In this document: piece after piece, positions 59,875 to 64,000 of the stretch
Position numbering within the stretch: the stretch's first letter is position 1
Layout of the letters: each line of letters opens with the position of its first letter
Assembly (NCBI GenBank): GCA_038883795.1
Contig: JAVZLK010000002.1
Coordinates: 64,001-128,000, forward strand
Length of the DNA stretch: 64,000 nt
Source of the DNA: Candidatus Bathyarchaeia archaeon
GTDB lineage: Archaea > Thermoproteota > Bathyarchaeia > Bathyarchaeales > Bathycorpusculaceae
Direction of reading: 5' to 3'
Made by a program: the position numbers and the translations under genes
Notes under the pieces: generated by a model
What the model was told of the DNA's origin: nothing
Database searches by the model: none
The model's input: only the letters and a program-made list of their open reading frames with translations

Positions 59875-60632
59875 TATGTGTATTTATCTCCCCCAGCTAA
59901 AATGCGTTCTAATGCCATGTTGAAGTTTATCATCCCCTCATTCGTTTTCGCTGAAACTGGAATTAGCAAGAATCTTAAGCCAAGTTTGTGGATTGCCAGC
60001 ATCATGTTTCTGCTAAGTAAGCGCTTTGTTCCTTCAAGTTTTTGTTCAATCGCAGTTTCCAAAGCCTTAGGATTAGCCGACCAATCCACAATCTTGTCAA
60101 CTTCCTCTTTTGGAAGCAAGTCGCATTTTGAGAGAAGATGCACTTGTGGTAGTAAGAAGCGGTTATAGACCGCTGCTGAAAGGAAAAGGTTTGAAACATA
60201 ATTAAGTGGATTAACGCAAAAAACGGCGTCAAATAAGTAAACTATTGCTTTGTTTTCCTTTGTAAGCTCATTGGCAATGTAGGGTCCGCTTGCCCTAAAG
60301 GCGAATAACTCCATCTGCCCGGGAGTGTCAATCAAAACTATGTCTGACCTTAAATCCTCGATTTCTTTGGAAATTTCTTCAATTTTGTCTGCAATCAAAT
60401 CTGCAGCCATTATCAATGCGCCGTTTGGGCCTAAACTATACTCTTCCATGAGGCTTTCAATATCCACGTAATCTCTAATGTCCACGTCTGGCGTGTATGG
60501 AAGTGTTAAAGCTCCCGGATCAAGGTTTACGACTGCAACGTCTTGTTTTGCCATTTTTAGCCATTCATTGAAAGCTGATGTGAGCATTGACTTTCCAGAG
60601 CCAGCGGTTCCTATGATGAAAACTGTAAACAT
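59871..60632 (-). CDS. GPN-loop GTPase
   Basis: GTAGSGKS, NLDPG, LGPNG, DTPGQMELF, SKCD. Confidence 0.93.
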   Translation of the reverse strand: MFTVFIIGTAGSGKSMLTSAFNEWLKMAKQDVAVVNLDPGALTLPYTPDVDIRDYVDIESLMEEYSLGPNGALIMAADLIADKIEEISKEIEDLRSDIVLIDTPGQMELFAFRASGPYIANELTKENKAIVYLFDAVFCVNPLNYVSNLFLSAAVYNRFLLPQVHLLSKCDLLPKEEVDKIVDWSANPKALETAIEQKLEGTKRLLSRNMMLAIHKLGLRFLLIPVSAKTNEGMINFNMALERILAGGDKYTY

Positions 60633-60659
60633 TATTATCGCCTTTTGGTTGTGTTAATA

Positions 60660-61832
60660 TCAATGCTTCAGTTGGTTGGTAAAAGTTTTTTCTGTTTGGG
60701 AGGGAATTTCTGGTGGTTGGGGTTCTTGTATTTTTGGTTGAGCTTGCCGAGAAGTGATGAATATGATTACGCCCATGCAAACTAAAATTGTAGTGGTTGC
60801 CAACAACAAAACGAAGAATGCGGATAGTACTGTTACTGTTTGGATTGGGCTGTCTGCTCCAGCATAATTATAATCTCCAGACCAGCTTGCACGAACAAAA
60901 CAAACTCCACTGGAAGTTTCCACATTCCAAACGTATCTAAACTGCCCATTAGAATCCGTTGTGGTTATGCCCAAAACTTTCCATGGCGAATTGTTCACGC
61001 TTATGTAAATGGTAACTGTCTTATTTGGTAGGGCTGGAGAAATTTCTCCAGTAAGCGAAACTGTGCCTTGATTAATAACATAAGTGGGGGACACGGTAAG
61101 CGAAATTGTTGATGCATTTAGGGGTTTGTAGCTTGCTGAAACTTGGCCAGGCGAAGATCGTTCACAGTTTTCAAGAGTAATAATTTCCGCGGAAGCCTGC
61201 TTTAAACTGTCTGGGCATTCGCCGACTCTCCATCCGTCTTGAAAGTAACCAGTGCACTCAGCAATGTAATATTTAATGTTGTTGTAGGTTATGTAGTAAA
61301 CTTGTCTTCTGGCATCGTATGGCGTATGTGAAAGGCTTACGCCGACATTCATGTGTGCTTCTTTTTCATAATATAAAAGTACAACTTCGAGTCCACCAGC
61401 TTTCATAATTGATGCTGCGATGAAAGAGAATAGGTCGCAGTCTCCCTTATTCTCCACCATAGTTTCTATCGGGTATTTTGCTGGTTCAGTTACTTCATAT
61501 GGGATTTGATGTACAATCATTAACACGCCGTTGGCGAAATCTTCATCATCCGAATAAATTTCCCATAGTTTATCTGCGATGGGCTTCAATGCGTATGGCG
61601 TTACAAATTTTGCAAAATCAGCCTCCGAATTCAAAGCGTGACTTTTTCCACGATAATAATCGTAGAGGGATTGTTGAATTGTAACGTTTAACCTATAATA
61701 TGTTGAGCCATTAGGTTCGTTTAAAATCTGATAGGAAACGCTGTAGGCTTCTGCCTGGCAACATGGAAACAAATAAAAAAATGTAAGCAAAACCATAATT
61801 GTTATAAGCGTTTTTGAAGGTTTCAGCTTCAT
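60660..61832 (-). CDS. membrane-anchored transglutaminase-like protein with Ig-like domain
   Basis: Signal peptide, GDCD...AHM...IAECT triad, TTDSNG beta-sandwich, C-terminal TM. Confidence 0.72.
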   Translation of the reverse strand: MKLKPSKTLITIMVLLTFFYLFPCCQAEAYSVSYQILNEPNGSTYYRLNVTIQQSLYDYYRGKSHALNSEADFAKFVTPYALKPIADKLWEIYSDDEDFANGVLMIVHQIPYEVTEPAKYPIETMVENKGDCDLFSFIAASIMKAGGLEVVLLYYEKEAHMNVGVSLSHTPYDARRQVYYITYNNIKYYIAECTGYFQDGWRVGECPDSLKQASAEIITLENCERSSPGQVSASYKPLNASTISLTVSPTYVINQGTVSLTGEISPALPNKTVTIYISVNNSPWKVLGITTTDSNGQFRYVWNVETSSGVCFVRASWSGDYNYAGADSPIQTVTVLSAFFVLLLATTTILVCMGVIIFITSRQAQPKIQEPQPPEIPSQTEKTFTNQLKH

Positions 61833-62004
61833 TGTTCTCTCAAAATTTGTTATTAACCTAATTTATGGCTCTTATGAACCCACAATCAATAGTGAAGGTA
61901 TTCTAAAGGATAATTTTGGGGAGATATCTTAAACAATTTGTCAAATAAAAATACTTTTGAATTAGTTCCTAGTTAAACGACATAATAATACCCTCAAATT
62001 ATAT

Positions 62005-63009
62005 ATGCAAAAGCTGTTAGAAATTGATGTAGAGACTATGGTGGAGATAACAAGTTTAGGTTTGCATATAACGGACTGTTGTAATGCCAACTGTCTTCAC
62101 TGTGCTTTTTTCTGTGGCCCAGAAATTAAGGGCTGTATGAATTTTAAAGAAGCGAAAAAGTATGTAACTGATGCTAAAGCATTGAATACTGAAATAATTT
62201 GTATAACGGGCGGTGAGCCGATGCTTTATCCCGTTTTAGTTAAAAGGATAATAGCTGAATGTAGCCATTTATCGTTTCCTCAAATATGGCTCTTCACTAA
62301 TGGCTTCTGGGCACACAATAAATCCAAAGCAAATGCAACTGTTCAGGAACTTAAAAACGTTGGCTTAACAAAAATGTTTTTTAGCGTAGATTTTTTCCAT
62401 CAAGAGTATGTGCCTATAAAATCTGTCAAAAACGCAGTTGAAGCATCTTTAGAATCCAGCCTTGAAGTTTCTATCGACGCAAGGTTTGTTGGTAAACCAG
62501 GAGAACAGAACAAGTTTAACTTTGCCACCCAACGCCATCTTGAATTTCTAAACAATCTTACCACAAAAGTTGAAGTGACAAAAACTCAATCCATGTTTGT
62601 CGGTAGAGCAGCAGAATCTCTCATAAAGCATGTTAAAATGAAACCCTTATCCGAAATCCTAACTGAAACATGCTCAGGTGCGTGGGCTGGGGGAACGCTG
62701 AAGTCTCCTTTGGGAGTTGATGTAGACGAGTTTGGATTCGTCACTATATGTCCGGGCTTAAGCATTGGAAATGCACGGGAAGTCTCTCTTAGAAAAATTG
62801 TTGAGAATTATAATTATCAAGATTATATGGTTATTGCTGTACTCTGCGATGAAGGGCTGAAAGGCTTAACAGAGCTTGCCTCTAAGTATGGTTTCGTTCC
62901 AAATAGAGCTTATGTCGATGGGTGTCATTTATGCTATGAAACGAGAAAATTCATTAGAAAACACTTTCCAGAAGCTTTTTGCTATTCTGATAAGATTTTG
63001 ACGAAATAA
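62005..63009 (+). CDS. radical SAM protein
   Basis: CNANCLHC (CxxxCxxC), TGGEP, TNG, C-terminal Cys cluster. Confidence 0.9.
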   Translation: MQKLLEIDVETMVEITSLGLHITDCCNANCLHCAFFCGPEIKGCMNFKEAKKYVTDAKALNTEIICITGGEPMLYPVLVKRIIAECSHLSFPQIWLFTNGFWAHNKSKANATVQELKNVGLTKMFFSVDFFHQEYVPIKSVKNAVEASLESSLEVSIDARFVGKPGEQNKFNFATQRHLEFLNNLTTKVEVTKTQSMFVGRAAESLIKHVKMKPLSEILTETCSGAWAGGTLKSPLGVDVDEFGFVTICPGLSIGNAREVSLRKIVENYNYQDYMVIAVLCDEGLKGLTELASKYGFVPNRAYVDGCHLCYETRKFIRKHFPEAFCYSDKILTK

Positions 63010-63051
63010 TTTCCGCTTAATTCGCAGAAAAACCATAGAAACATCTTAAAT

Positions 63052-63831
63052 TTAGATTTTCACGAATTCCCTTTCTCTGCGGTTAAAAACGCAAACTTTT
63101 GTATAACCCGCTTTCTTTGCTAATTTTATGGCTTCTTTGAAGTTTCTGCCCACATCGTTTGGTTCATGCGCATCTGAGCCAAAAACTATGGGAACATTGT
63201 GGTTTTGTAATATTTTCAGAAATTGTTCGCTTGGATAAATCTCTTGGCATGGTCTTCTTAATCCGCTGGTGTTGATTTCCGCACAAACGTTATACTTTAC
63301 CATTGCTTCAGCAGCCTCTTCAAGAATTTGGGAAAAATCAGTTTTTGGTTTAAATCCAAAAATTTTTATCAGGTCTGGATGGGCTAAAATGTCGAAAAGC
63401 TGACTTTGGCACAATTTTTTGACAAGACTAAAATATTCTTCATAAACCTTTAGAATATCTCTTTTTGAGTATTCGTTAATTTGTGATGGCGAATCAACAG
63501 ACCACTCGCCAATAAAATGAACAGCTCCAATAACGTAATCAAAAGGAAATTTTCTAACAAAATCTTCAATTTTTTCAGTAAATTTTGGTATGAAATCCAC
63601 TTCAGCGCCCAATTTCACTGGCAAATCTGCGTTAGCCTTTAAATTGAGAAAGTTTTGAAGATAAGTCGAGTTTATGGGTAGAAATGGGCATCCCTTAATG
63701 TGATGAAATGTTACATGTTCAGAGAAGCCTATTTCGCCAAGCTTCTTCAACTTTGCCATTTTGACATAATCTTCCATGGAGCCTTTGGCGTCCAGCGAAA
63801 CCTCAGTGTGAATATGATAATCTACAAGCAT
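63052..63831 (-). CDS. hisK: histidinol-phosphatase, PHP family
   Basis: DYHIH, SEH, GAVH, AHPD, EINTSG, GSDAH. Confidence 0.85.
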   Translation of the reverse strand: MLVDYHIHTEVSLDAKGSMEDYVKMAKLKKLGEIGFSEHVTFHHIKGCPFLPINSTYLQNFLNLKANADLPVKLGAEVDFIPKFTEKIEDFVRKFPFDYVIGAVHFIGEWSVDSPSQINEYSKRDILKVYEEYFSLVKKLCQSQLFDILAHPDLIKIFGFKPKTDFSQILEEAAEAMVKYNVCAEINTSGLRRPCQEIYPSEQFLKILQNHNVPIVFGSDAHEPNDVGRNFKEAIKLAKKAGYTKVCVFNRREREFVKI

Positions 63832-63847
63832 TCATATTCACTTAGCC

Positions 63848-64000
63848 TTATGTTCTGATTTTTCCTCCACTTTTCTGCACGAGCTCTGACAATTGAATTA
63901 TGGCTTTTCCAATTCTGTCTTTGGCTATTTTAGAATTTTCAGCGGTTGTTGAAAAGTGGATTTCTATGCGCGGTTCTCTCTCCTCGCCTTTTGGATGGGA
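63848..64000 (-). CDS. CinA-like/NMN-deamidase-related protein, C-terminal fragment
   Basis: Minus frame reads SHPKGEEREPRIEIHFST...GGKIRT*, cut by the window edge. Confidence 0.5.
   Translation of the reverse strand, partial: SHPKGEEREPRIEIHFSTTAENSKIAKDRIGKAIIQLSELVQKSGGKIRT

Overview
Archaeal chromosomal DNA, most likely Bathyarchaeia/TACK. This is inferred from Rpo6, thermosome, FEN-1, EF-1beta, CDC48, archaeal MAT, TrpB2, an arcadin-1 homologue and frequent TTG/GTG starts. Most of the window is densely packed housekeeping and metabolic genes. Two things stand out. (1) An ~8-kb integrated element (about 37230-45179) is bounded by a 12-bp direct repeat. It carries a tyrosine integrase, an MjaI-like type II RM system with an RHH regulator, a putative modification-dependent nuclease and a second PD-(D/E)XK nuclease. 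Between the converging nuclease and integrase genes lies an ORF-free ~0.9-kb array of seven consecutive 90-140-nt imperfect hairpins, several paralogous and sharing internal ATAG/CTAT boxes. (2) The pcm gene is interrupted by a 28-nt insert that folds as a bulge-helix-bulge motif. Cutting at the canonical positions exactly restores the conserved SAPHM reading frame, making it a candidate mRNA intron. No tRNA, rRNA or CRISPR array was recognised. All product calls come from motif recognition by eye, not database searches.
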